Shown here piece by piece: positions 19,601 to 30,794 of a DNA stretch of 32,000 bases (the stretch's first letter is position 1; every line of letters starts with the position of its first letter). The stretch lies in assembly GCF_900155985.1 (NCBI RefSeq), contig NZ_FTMA01000001.1:1714655-1746654 (forward strand). Reading direction: 5' to 3'. Source of the stretch: Maribacter ulvicola. GTDB taxonomy: Bacteria; Bacteroidota; Bacteroidia; Flavobacteriales; Flavobacteriaceae. A model generated the notes under the pieces. The model was not told where the DNA came from. It did no database searches and worked only from the letters and a program-made list of their open reading frames with translations. The position numbers and the translations under genes are program-made.

Positions 19601-20070
19601 TTTTCAAGAATATTTGCGCCAGGTAATGGGGTGCCGTCTTTATCTGTAACTAAACCGGTAACCACTTGTTGTACCTGTTTTATTTTCCCTAAGACAGCGT
19701 CTGGTTTTTTATTCAATAAAATAGCGCCTTCTTTAGAAAAGGTATATTCGATATCGCCAAATGACAAACTTTTTTTCAATAGTTCACTGGCGTTGATCCG
19801 TCCTTTCTTTACGTGTACTTTAGGGGCATTCGTAAATAAATCGGACCGGTAAATGAAAGCGTGATCCGTCTGTTTTTGAATTAAATCAAAAATTTCTACT
19901 ACCGTGAGATGTGCATCTGATTTAATCTTAATGGTGGTATTCTGTGAGAAGCCTGTTTTAGGGGCAAACCCAAAGGTTGCAAAGCAGCATAAGAAGATAA
20001 ATGTTCTCATAATAGTAATCAAAAGTTTTTTCCTATATGGTATAGGACTCCCAATAAATTTAGTTTTCAT
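16630..20070 (-). CDS. SusC/RagA-family TonB-dependent transducer with an N-terminal STN signalling domain
   Basis: The protein is 1146 aa. The N-terminal extension (TIKIKSDAHLTVVEIFDLIQKQTDHAFIYRSDL...) is an STN/FecA-like signalling domain. A CarboxypepD_reg domain follows (VTGLVTDKDGTPLPGANILEKGTSNGTQADFDGNFSL). The TonB box/plug is DEVVVVGYGTQKKSDVTGA. The C-terminal beta-barrel ends in ...GVQVEF. An alternative start is at 20010 (MRTFIFLCC...). Confidence 0.95.
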   Translation of the reverse strand: MKTKFIGSPIPYRKKLLITIMRTFIFLCCFATFGFAPKTGFSQNTTIKIKSDAHLTVVEIFDLIQKQTDHAFIYRSDLFTNAPKVHVKKGRINASELLKKSLSFGDIEYTFSKEGAILLNKKPDAVLGKIKQVQQVVTGLVTDKDGTPLPGANILEKGTSNGTQADFDGNFSLDISDPNAILVVSYIGFVTKETTIGNQTEFTILLEEDTQGLDEVVVVGYGTQKKSDVTGAISTVKGEELTQVVTTSPTDALQGRVSGVTVSSSSGSPGAAADVMIRGVGSFGNNQPLYIIDGVQADPYYIDANNIASIEVLKDAASASIYGTRAANGVIIITTKKGKTGKPKVEIGSSISLNTTRNEMELLDADGYVNVHRQMYENAGATLPLYVQNTSNINTDWIDETHRDGQLSLLNVRVSGASDNINYSVGGNFADEKGLLIGSEFSKKGINARLGITKDKLNINTNLTYSETKRRPQTFSLRETYYISPLIPVLDPSKPSGFGFRDGDLPDHRNPVGENKYLEQLSKTKYFLGNVSLDYEVLNGLTAKANLAYSNLSTSSSNFNKPFQVRDVQEEGREFAFTSEYNSELKRINQEYTLNYTVDLNKHSINLLAGYQRIAEPFKRTYIQAEGYKIIRTVDGESINEEKVPANILDPNFKTLDAFTDGTFAGEGTNAEYNLVSQFGRLNYSFDNKYLLQASARRDGSSKFGKNNQYGVFPSFALGWKISEEKFMKNQDFFNFMKLRYSWGQAGNDSALGYYDYVALIAQGKSQNDGGYVFGSPQTSFLGGIARDLQNDNLQWETNTSSNIGLDFNAMNNKLKGSINYYNGTTEDLLITRVVSPSAGVNSPIVNVGEFKNNGVEFEFGYVNKDNEFHYSAFATFTTINSEVTKLSNEDQTLYGIGLLFGSDHFVNQTKIGYEPGAYFLPVADGIFQSEEEIASHSLNGNPIQPSASPGDIRFVDQNGDGEINSDDETYQGSALPKYEYSLSLGSEYKGFDLNIFLQGVGGNKIYNGNDFTLMSLDTGRNFRTEALNAWTPTNTNTTIPRAVLGDPNRNNRASTRFLEDGDYIRIKSIQIGYTLPKDIIEGAGMSRLRLYASGQNLFTFTNYNGLDPEVSSSIAGQNQGILSRGIDRTLYPKSKSFILGVQVEF

Positions 20071-20119
20071 AAATTTGGTTGTTTTAGTTAGTTAAATTTT
20101 TAATTAATTAATCATGCTA

Positions 20120-20169
20120 GGGGATGGAGCTTTAAATTGTCCACATCTAAACTCCATTCCCATTTTTTT
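20120..20169 (+). terminator. Intrinsic-terminator-like hairpin plus T7 tract, oriented for the + strand (antisense to the susC leader)
   Basis: The stem is GGGGATGGAG (20120-20129) with CTCCATTCCC (20152-20161): 10 bp including one G:U on the + strand. It extends by TTTA/TAAA after a 1-nt bulge and is followed by A then TTTTTTT (20163-20169). On the minus strand the same stem carries an A:C mismatch and has no trailing U-tract. Confidence 0.45.
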
Positions 20170-20173
20170 AAGG

Positions 20174-21325
20174 TTACTTCACTATTATTTTTTTTCCTAT
20201 TGTTTCAAATTTTGCTTCGTTAGTGTTTTCAATAATTAAAAGTATATCGTCTAAATTTTGTTTTTTATTGAATACACCATTGAACTTTAAATTTTTAATA
20301 TGTGTATTTTCGATAATTACCTCTATATCATACCAGCGAGAAAGTACTAGCATGATTTCCTTTAGGGGTTTATCTTTAAAACTGAAGAAACCACTTTTCC
20401 ATGAAACCTCGTTATATACATCTACTTGAGCAACATTAATCTCATGGTTTTCCATATTAAATTGTGATTGTTGCCCAGGTAGTAGGTTTTCAGAACTAGC
20501 CCCGCTTTTGATCAGTACACTACCTTCAACTAAAGTGGTTTTAATTATAGCATCTTCTTTATACGCGTTAATATTGAATTCTGTTCCTAGAACGTCAATT
20601 TCTTGCTCGTGGGTAGAAACTATAAAATGGTTGCCGTTATGTTCTGTACTTGAAGACACTTCAAAATAGGCCTCTCCGTATACAAGTTCTACTTTTCTTG
20701 CCTGATCGCTTGTAAATGAAACGGGATACCGAAGTTGTGTTTCAGAATTTAGCCAGACCTTTGTGCCATCGGCCAGTATGATAAAAAATTCACCTCCTCT
20801 TGGTATTGTTAGAACATTGTATGCTATAGTGTTCTTGCTAGATTTTGAGCCCGATTTATAAATAAGTTTTTCTCCATTACTTGAAAGATTATTGGCTTTA
20901 TAGTGTGCTCCCTTGCCTAGAATGATATTAGAACCATCTTCAAGAGTCAATGTAGCTTTATCGGTACCTATATTAATGATGTCTTCTGCTACTATAATTG
21001 GAGTGTTTTGAACTTCATGCTTTTCTTTCATAAGAAAAGGCAATGCACCTAGAATAAAAATAGCGGCAATTGCAGCTGCATATTTCCAGTAGTTAAATCC
21101 GTATCTGTCCTTTTTCACAAACTGAGGTTTTAAGTTTGTTTTGCTTGAAATTTTCTCCCACCCTTTTTGAGGATCAATGGCATCAGGTGATTTTAGAATG
21201 TTTTTTTCTACTTGAGCAAAGTACGCCCGGTGGCTATCCGATTCTAAAAACCACTCGTCAAAAATGAGCTCTTCTTCTTTCGTGAGTGTATTGTTCAGTT
21301 TCTTTAAAATGAGTTTGAACTCCAT
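20174..21325 (-). CDS. FecR-family anti-sigma factor (transmembrane sensor)
   Basis: The protein is 383 aa. It has a cytoplasmic N-terminal anti-sigma segment and a single TM (YAAAIAAIFILGALPFL). The periplasmic FecR domain and a C-terminal DUF4974-like region (FSFKDKPLKEIMLVLSRWYDIEVI) follow. It lies between the ECF sigma gene and the STN-SusC gene. Confidence 0.9.
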   Translation of the reverse strand: MEFKLILKKLNNTLTKEEELIFDEWFLESDSHRAYFAQVEKNILKSPDAIDPQKGWEKISSKTNLKPQFVKKDRYGFNYWKYAAAIAAIFILGALPFLMKEKHEVQNTPIIVAEDIINIGTDKATLTLEDGSNIILGKGAHYKANNLSSNGEKLIYKSGSKSSKNTIAYNVLTIPRGGEFFIILADGTKVWLNSETQLRYPVSFTSDQARKVELVYGEAYFEVSSSTEHNGNHFIVSTHEQEIDVLGTEFNINAYKEDAIIKTTLVEGSVLIKSGASSENLLPGQQSQFNMENHEINVAQVDVYNEVSWKSGFFSFKDKPLKEIMLVLSRWYDIEVIIENTHIKNLKFNGVFNKKQNLDDILLIIENTNEAKFETIGKKIIVK

Positions 21326-21445
21326 AGTTTTATTTTAAGCAACTTATAATTATGACAACAGAATAATTAAAATGGGTGACAATAAAATAAAGAAAATGTA
21401 AAATAAAGGTGTGTTAAAGATGAATTTAGTATTTAAAAGCCTTTT

Positions 21446-22006
21446 TTAATGAAATATTGATAGAAGGATAAGAATGGCGTGTAACAGTTGACCAATTTTT
21501 ATTTTTGCCCGTTTAAGTTGGGTTTTTACGGTATTTACCGAGATTTTAAGTTCTTCCGCAATCTCTGCATACCTGTAATTTTCAAGATATCTCATTTTAA
21601 CGATTACTTGCATTTTTTCTGGTAAGGTATCTATGATATTTAAAAGTTGGTTATGAATTTTATTAGTTGTCTCAATAGTATCTTCATGGTTATATGTATC
21701 GTCTAGTATTGCCTGTAACTCTAAAACTTGTGTGCTATCTGTAATTTTTATAGATTTTAAGAGGTTTAAGCTCTTATTTCTGACCATAGCGTATAAATAA
21801 CCTTTTAATGTAGTATTGATCTCAATGGTATCTGCTTTTTCCCATAAGGTTATGAAAACATCTTGCACCATATCTTCGCTTCGACCCTTATCAAAGAGAT
21901 AGCCATGTGCATAATTGACCAAATCTTCATAAAATTCATAAAAGATTTTTTTGAAGACGAAATGGTTTTTATTTTGTAATTCCTTTAGTTCTGAATTAGT
22001 TTTCAA
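21446..22006 (-). CDS. ECF-type RNA polymerase sigma-70 factor (Bacteroidota expansion family)
   Basis: The protein is 186 aa. Region 2 is DMVQDVFITLWEK and region 4 HTH is RYAEIAEELKISVNTVKTQLKRAK. It lies immediately upstream of fecR. Confidence 0.9.
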   Translation of the reverse strand: MKTNSELKELQNKNHFVFKKIFYEFYEDLVNYAHGYLFDKGRSEDMVQDVFITLWEKADTIEINTTLKGYLYAMVRNKSLNLLKSIKITDSTQVLELQAILDDTYNHEDTIETTNKIHNQLLNIIDTLPEKMQVIVKMRYLENYRYAEIAEELKISVNTVKTQLKRAKIKIGQLLHAILILLSIFH

Positions 22007-22276
22007 AATAGTTTGCTCATATTTAATAAAGCTATGTAAATGTAGCGAATCATTATTTCATTAAGAATTGATTGAATAATTCAATAGTTGGCATATTTTT
22101 ATGATTTTTTTTAGCTGCTACCTAAAAATCGTTTTTTTTTGTACATTGCGTTCGTCCACACAAAAAAGGTGAATCCGTTTTTTTAACGGCTGATATCTTC
22201 TTCACTATTGTATAAAATAGTATACATAATAAAATTCTTTAGAGGAAATTTCTATTGAAACTAAACCTTTGATACG

Positions 22277-24319
22277 ATGGACAAAAAAAGTATTCTTTCT
22301 ATTATTCTTATTTTATTATTGTTTGCTTGTAAGCAAAACAAAATTAAAAAGATAGATAGGCCTAATAATAGGGACTACCACGCTTTATACAGTAATATTT
22401 TGAATTTTAGTGGCATTCCAGAAACTAGAATAGATAGAAGTATGTTAATGTTTTCTGATCAAGGAGCATGGTTTGCGTATAGTTTGCCTGATTCCCTAAC
22501 CACCTACGGTGGTTTCTCGGGCCCTTTTTTAATGACCCAGGAAAATGGAGTGTGGATTAGTCCAAATTTAATGCAGTTGAAACTTTCTTATGGTTCTAAA
22601 GAAACAACGGTTATGGATTGGGAAAATAATTTGATACACCAAAAAAGCTATACTAGTCATTTAGAGCAAAAATTTAAGAACAAAGACCTTAGCATAGAAC
22701 AGTCTTTGGTTTATATTTCTGGTCATACTGCCATGCAGCGTATTACCATTACCAATGATGCTGAAGCAGCTCTCACTTTAAATGCTAGTTTTTCAGGAAA
22801 GCTATACAACTCGGGAATTCATGTTACCAAAGATAATGGGATGATCAAACTAAAGTCGTCTAAAAGTGATGCTGTAGGTTACGCACAATTATTGAATATG
22901 CCCAACGATGTTTTCATACAAGATAGTTTATCTTATAAAATTAACTATCAGACGTTTGTTTTACCTTCAAAAAAAGCGAAAGAAATTATAGTATCACAGA
23001 CATTTATTTTTCCAGAATATTCATGGGAAAATGAACAACAGCTCATTTCCAGTATCAACTTTGATTCTGTCTTAAATGCGCGTAAATTGGAAAAGAATAA
23101 TGAGCTGTCAAAGTTGATAGAAAAGAGAAAAGATAACTTTAAAAATGATAAATACGCATCCGTTCTTGCCAAAGCACATTTAACCTTACAGAATAATTGG
23201 CGTATAGCTGCCGGAAAATTACAACATCAAGGTCTTTTTCCAAGCTATCATTATGAATGGTTTCACGGTTTTTGGTCTTGGGACTCTTGGAAACATGCTG
23301 TGGGTCTGTCCTGGTATAATATACCCTTGGCAAAAGATCAAATACGGGCCATGTTCGATTATCAAAATGATGATGGTTTTGTTGTTGATTGTATCTATAG
23401 GGATACAACCATAGAACCTTTTAATTATAGAGATACCAAACCACCACTTGCAGCTTGGGCCGTTGCTGAAATTTTTAAAAAAGATTCAGATGTTGATTTT
23501 ATAAAAGAAATATATCCTAAGCTAAAAAAATATCATTTTTGGTGGTATGCTAAACGTGATCATGATCAAGATGGGCTGTGCGAATATGGGTCTACGGATG
23601 GAACCGTTTTAGCAGCAAAATGGGAAAGTGGTATGGACAACGCCATTCGTTTTGATGATTCTAATATTTTAAAAAATGGAGAAAATGCTTACTCCTTAAA
23701 TCAAGAAAGTATAGACCTAAATGCCTATTTATATGCAGAAAAGTTATACTTGGCAACATTGGCAGAGGCGCTTGGTTATAAAGAAGATGTGGCTATATAT
23801 AAAACAGGAGCAATGATTTTAAAAAAGGCTATTCAGCATCAATTTTATGATACTAGTGATGGGTGGTTTTATGATACCAATTTAGAGGGCACCTCTTTTA
23901 TAAAAGGAGCAGGGAGTGAAGGTTGGATTCCTCTTTGGGCAAACGCCGCTACCCAAGAACAAGCCATTACGGTAAAAAACAAAATGATGGATCCAGAGAA
24001 GTTCTTTACCAAAGTCCCTTTTCAGACGATGGCGAAAGATCACCCAAAATTTGACCCTTTAAATGGATATTGGCGCGGACCAAACTGGCTGGATCAAGCT
24101 TATTTTGGTGTAAAAGGATTGCGCAATTATGGTTTTGGTGCAGAGGCAGATCTTGCAACCGAACAAATTATTGAAGGAGCAGAAGGGTTATTGGACGATG
24201 GAAAAGCCATAAGAGAAAATTATCACCCTATAACTGGAGAAGGGCGCGAAGCTAGAAATTTTAGCTGGAGCGCAGCACATATTATCATGCTTTTAACTGA
24301 AGATAAGAATGAATTATAA
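22277..24319 (+). CDS. GH63/MGH1-like (alpha/alpha)6-barrel glycoside hydrolase (alpha-glucosidase or mannosylglycerate-hydrolase-like), lipoprotein
   Basis: The lipobox signal is LILLLFACKQ. Motifs typical of the GH63/GH37-type clan are present: GFWSWDSWKHA, CEYGS.DG...AKWESGMDNA and YWRGPNWLDQAY. An N-terminal beta-sandwich precedes the C-terminal barrel, as in YgjK-like enzymes. The gene overlaps the next gene by 11 nt. Confidence 0.75.
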   Translation: MDKKSILSIILILLLFACKQNKIKKIDRPNNRDYHALYSNILNFSGIPETRIDRSMLMFSDQGAWFAYSLPDSLTTYGGFSGPFLMTQENGVWISPNLMQLKLSYGSKETTVMDWENNLIHQKSYTSHLEQKFKNKDLSIEQSLVYISGHTAMQRITITNDAEAALTLNASFSGKLYNSGIHVTKDNGMIKLKSSKSDAVGYAQLLNMPNDVFIQDSLSYKINYQTFVLPSKKAKEIIVSQTFIFPEYSWENEQQLISSINFDSVLNARKLEKNNELSKLIEKRKDNFKNDKYASVLAKAHLTLQNNWRIAAGKLQHQGLFPSYHYEWFHGFWSWDSWKHAVGLSWYNIPLAKDQIRAMFDYQNDDGFVVDCIYRDTTIEPFNYRDTKPPLAAWAVAEIFKKDSDVDFIKEIYPKLKKYHFWWYAKRDHDQDGLCEYGSTDGTVLAAKWESGMDNAIRFDDSNILKNGENAYSLNQESIDLNAYLYAEKLYLATLAEALGYKEDVAIYKTGAMILKKAIQHQFYDTSDGWFYDTNLEGTSFIKGAGSEGWIPLWANAATQEQAITVKNKMMDPEKFFTKVPFQTMAKDHPKFDPLNGYWRGPNWLDQAYFGVKGLRNYGFGAEADLATEQIIEGAEGLLDDGKAIRENYHPITGEGREARNFSWSAAHIIMLLTEDKNEL

Positions 24320-27300
24320 CTCAATTAAAATATCAACACAACAAGCTGAGAAAATTGCATTCAATTTTTTTAACGTTACCGGAAACGTAACGGTGTTACC
24401 TGGAGAAGTTGATTTCAATTATAGAATTAAAGTGACCAATAGTGAAGGCTATATTTTAAAAATATCACGACCTAATGAAGATGTAGATTATTTAGATTAT
24501 CAACAGAAACTTTTACAGTATGTGGCACAAATTGGAAATAATTTAATATGCCCAAGAGTTATTACCGATATTAATGGAGCATCTATTTCTTTATATATAG
24601 ATCAACATGGAAACCAAAGAATGGTACGTTTGCTATCTTGGGTTTCGGGCAGAATTTGGAGCAATGTTAATCCACAATTAAATCATCTTAGATTTAGTTT
24701 AGGTGAGCAATGTGGTAAACTGACCCAAGCGCTACAGGGATTTGACCATGAGCAAGCCCATAGAAAATTTGATTGGGATATAGCACAATCGCTTTGGACC
24801 AAAAAACACCTTAATTTATTTAAAAATGAAAAAAAGAAAATTATTGCTTTTTTCCAAAATGAATTTGAAACCTCACTTACCAAATACGAAAAACTACGTA
24901 GCGCTGTAGTTCATAACGATGCAAATGATAACAATGTAGTGGTGTCTAATGAACTTATTAACCCCAAAGTCAAGGCCGTAATTGATTATGGTGATGCCGT
25001 TTACACTCAAATAATCAATGATCTTGCCATAGCGTGCGCCTATGCCATTATGGGGCACAATGACCCTTTAGAAGCCGCATTGCCTATTGTGAAAGGATAC
25101 CATACTACGTTTCCGTTACAGGAGACTGAATTGGAACATTTGTACAATGCCATAGCAATGCGATTAGTAATTTCAGTTACTAAAGCGGCTCTAAATAAAA
25201 TAGAAGAACCAGATAATGCCTATCTATTGGTGAGCGAAAAACCAGCATGGGAAGTTCTTGAAAAATGGTATGCTACAAATTCAGATTTTGCCTTGTATTG
25301 TTTTAGACAAGTTTGTGGTTTTACAGCCCACCCAGATCAAACTAAATTCAGCAAATGGGCAGCTAAGAACGATTTTAACACTTGCAATTTATTCCCAAAC
25401 CTAAACAAAGAGGGGATACATTTATTAGATCTAAGTGTTTCTAGTACTTGGCTAGGACATCAACAAGATTTTAATGATCTGGATTATTTTCAGTATAAAA
25501 TTAAAGGGTTGCAAAAAAGATATCCCCAAAAAATTATGGCAGGTGGGTATCTTGAGCCACGTGCATTATATACTTCATCAGAATATGATAAAATAGGTAA
25601 TAATGGAAGGGAAAGTAGAACCGTTCATTTGGGGATAGATTTTTGGTTGCCTGCTAATACACCGGTTCATGCTCTTTTACAAGGAGAAATAGTGGTTGTA
25701 GAAAATGATGCCGGATTTAAGGAATACGGTGGACTTATCATTTTAAAACATACTGTAGGCACCCTAGTGTTCTATACCTTATACGGTCATTTGTCCTTGG
25801 TTTCATTACAAGGCAAAGAGGTGGGGCAAATTCTTGAAAAAAATGAATGTATCGGTTTCTTGGGCACACCCGAAGAAAATGGAAGTTGGTCACCTCATCT
25901 TCATTTTCAGATAATGTTGTCTATGTTGGGGGATAAAAAAGATTTTCCAGGTGTGGCCTATTACAAGCAAATAGCGGTTTGGAAAAGTATTTGTCCGGAT
26001 CCAAATTTACTGTTTAAATCCAATGAGCTTCAAAAAAGCACACCAATTTCAAATACCGATTTAATTAAATATAGAAAAGAACATTTAGGAAAAAGCCTTA
26101 GTCTTCAATACAAAATACCCATTAAAATGGTACGAGGTTCTGGACAATATTTAATAGATGAATATGGTCAAAAATACTTGGATACGGTGAACAATGTTGC
26201 CCATGTGGGACATGAGAATTATGCCGTTGTAAAGTCAGGTCGAGAACAAATGAGTCTGCTTAATACCAATTCTCGTTACCTACATGATAATATAAACCAA
26301 CTTGCTAAAGAGTTAATTGAAACTTTACCATCAGAATTAAGCGTATTACATTTTGTAAATTCAGGTAGTGAAGCAAATGAACTGGCTATTCGCATGACCA
26401 AAGCTGCTACTGGAGAACAAGATATTATAGCTTCAGAAGTCGGTTACCACGGCAATACCAACATGTGTATTAACATAAGTTCGTATAAATTTGATGGGAA
26501 AGGCGGAAAAGGAGCACCAGAGTATACCCATATTTTTCCACTTCCAGATGCATACAGAGGTAAGTTTAGGGGGCAGGCGTCAGGTGCTAAGTATGCAGAG
26601 GAGGTTCAGGATCAAATAGATAGTATCCATAAGAAAGGGCGTGGTGTTGGAGCTTTTATTATAGAACCTATAATTAGTTGTGGCGGACAAATAGAATTGC
26701 CAGATGGTTTTTTGTCCAAGGCCTATGCAATGGTGAGAGCAGCTGGCGGACTCTGTATTTCAGATGAGGTTCAAGTGGGTTGTGGTCGTCTTGGGAAGAC
26801 TTTTTGGGGTTTTCAATTGCACAATGTAGTACCTGATATTATAACTATTGGTAAGCCTTTAGGTAATGGCCATCCTCTGGCAGCAGTAGCTTGTACCCAA
26901 GAAGTAGCAGAAAAATTCGCAAATGGTATGGAGTATTTTAACACCTTTGGCGGTAACCCGGTTTCATGTGCAATTGGTACGGAAGTATTGCGAACGGTAA
27001 AGCGAGAAAAACTACAAGAACACTCCTTTGTTGTTGGTGAGTTCCTTAAAAACAAACTTCACCTTTTAGCTAAGGATTTTCCTATCATTGGTAATGTACG
27101 CGGGCAAGGACTTTTTCTGGGGTTTGAGTTGGTTGACATTGCAATGAATCCTCTTGCTGATCAAGCAGATTATTTGGCTAACCGCATGAAGGATCATGGT
27201 ATTTTAATGAGTATTGACGGACCAGATCATAATGTCATTAAAATAAAACCTCCCATTATATTTACACAAGAGAATGCAGAAGAATTGATTTTATATTTAA

Positions 27301-27335
27301 AAAAGATACTAGCAGAAGATTTTATGAAACTTTAA
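24309..27335 (+). CDS. Tri-domain fusion: APH/hydroxylysine-kinase-like phosphotransferase, M23 metallopeptidase domain, and class-III aminotransferase-fold phospho-lyase (ETNPPL/PHYKPL family)
   Basis: The protein is 1008 aa with no signal peptide. The kinase domain (aa ~20-320) has YILKISRPN, the Brenner motif VVHNDANDNN and the metal-binding IDYGD. The M23 domain (aa ~410-540) has HLGID (HxxxD, H440/D444) and HLHFQ (HxH, H530/H532). The PLP domain (aa ~585-1005) has LLNTNSRYLHDNI, FVNSGSEANELA, ISDEVQVGCGRLGKTFWGFQ and TIGKPLGNGHPLAAV (the PLP lysine). These closely match human AGXT2L1/AGXT2L2 as I recall them. Confidence 0.9.
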   Translation: MNYNSIKISTQQAEKIAFNFFNVTGNVTVLPGEVDFNYRIKVTNSEGYILKISRPNEDVDYLDYQQKLLQYVAQIGNNLICPRVITDINGASISLYIDQHGNQRMVRLLSWVSGRIWSNVNPQLNHLRFSLGEQCGKLTQALQGFDHEQAHRKFDWDIAQSLWTKKHLNLFKNEKKKIIAFFQNEFETSLTKYEKLRSAVVHNDANDNNVVVSNELINPKVKAVIDYGDAVYTQIINDLAIACAYAIMGHNDPLEAALPIVKGYHTTFPLQETELEHLYNAIAMRLVISVTKAALNKIEEPDNAYLLVSEKPAWEVLEKWYATNSDFALYCFRQVCGFTAHPDQTKFSKWAAKNDFNTCNLFPNLNKEGIHLLDLSVSSTWLGHQQDFNDLDYFQYKIKGLQKRYPQKIMAGGYLEPRALYTSSEYDKIGNNGRESRTVHLGIDFWLPANTPVHALLQGEIVVVENDAGFKEYGGLIILKHTVGTLVFYTLYGHLSLVSLQGKEVGQILEKNECIGFLGTPEENGSWSPHLHFQIMLSMLGDKKDFPGVAYYKQIAVWKSICPDPNLLFKSNELQKSTPISNTDLIKYRKEHLGKSLSLQYKIPIKMVRGSGQYLIDEYGQKYLDTVNNVAHVGHENYAVVKSGREQMSLLNTNSRYLHDNINQLAKELIETLPSELSVLHFVNSGSEANELAIRMTKAATGEQDIIASEVGYHGNTNMCINISSYKFDGKGGKGAPEYTHIFPLPDAYRGKFRGQASGAKYAEEVQDQIDSIHKKGRGVGAFIIEPIISCGGQIELPDGFLSKAYAMVRAAGGLCISDEVQVGCGRLGKTFWGFQLHNVVPDIITIGKPLGNGHPLAAVACTQEVAEKFANGMEYFNTFGGNPVSCAIGTEVLRTVKREKLQEHSFVVGEFLKNKLHLLAKDFPIIGNVRGQGLFLGFELVDIAMNPLADQADYLANRMKDHGILMSIDGPDHNVIKIKPPIIFTQENAEELILYLKKILAEDFMKL

Positions 27336-30482
<3,147 letters not shown>

Positions 30483-30764
30483 AAAGATTTCTATGTTAGC
30501 AAAGGACAGCGCACATGAGCAGGATATGTATTTTAATTTAGTGTGATTTAATGTATAGTTTAATTCTCTAACTGTTCAAGAGATAAATTTAGGAGTCGCA
30601 ATACCAATTAAATTTATACTATAAACTAGAAAGAAGAGGAGTTAAAAAGAAGAATAGGAACTAGGTGCCTTGGGAGAAATATTGCCCCAATTCAAGGACA
30701 ACCCGTTAGGGGAGGTAGCAAGCAGTATTTTTGGTCCAATTGGGTTCACGTTAATACCTATTGG

Positions 30765-30794
30765 ACCTGTTCGTACCTGTTCGTACCTGTTTGT
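30765..30794. repeat. 10-bp direct tandem repeat x3 (ACCTGTTCGT, ACCTGTTCGT, ACCTGTTTGT)
   Basis: I read this directly at 30765-30774, 30775-30784 and 30785-30794. The third copy has one substitution. It is immediately preceded by an 8-bp perfect stem-loop (GGTCCAAT 30733-30740 with ATTGGACC 30760-30767). Confidence 0.8.

Noticed and set aside
19904-20095. A 63-aa + strand ORF spans the susC start and could have been the gene served by the + strand terminator at 20120-20169.
   Set aside because: Most of it is antisense to the susC signal-peptide coding region and its sequence is nonsense-like. The terminator is better explained by a short non-coding antisense transcript, reported separately as a hypothesis.
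22071-22085. A perfect 15-bp palindrome ATTGAATaATTCAAT lies in the divergent promoter region between the ECF sigma gene and the GH63-like operon. Nearby are TGTATA-n6-TATACA (~22209-22226) and CCGTT-t6-AACGG.
   Set aside because: Short AT-rich palindromes arise easily by chance in ~30% GC intergenic DNA. The sequence does not resemble a LacI/GalR operator core (no central CG). Without conservation data I cannot call it an operator.
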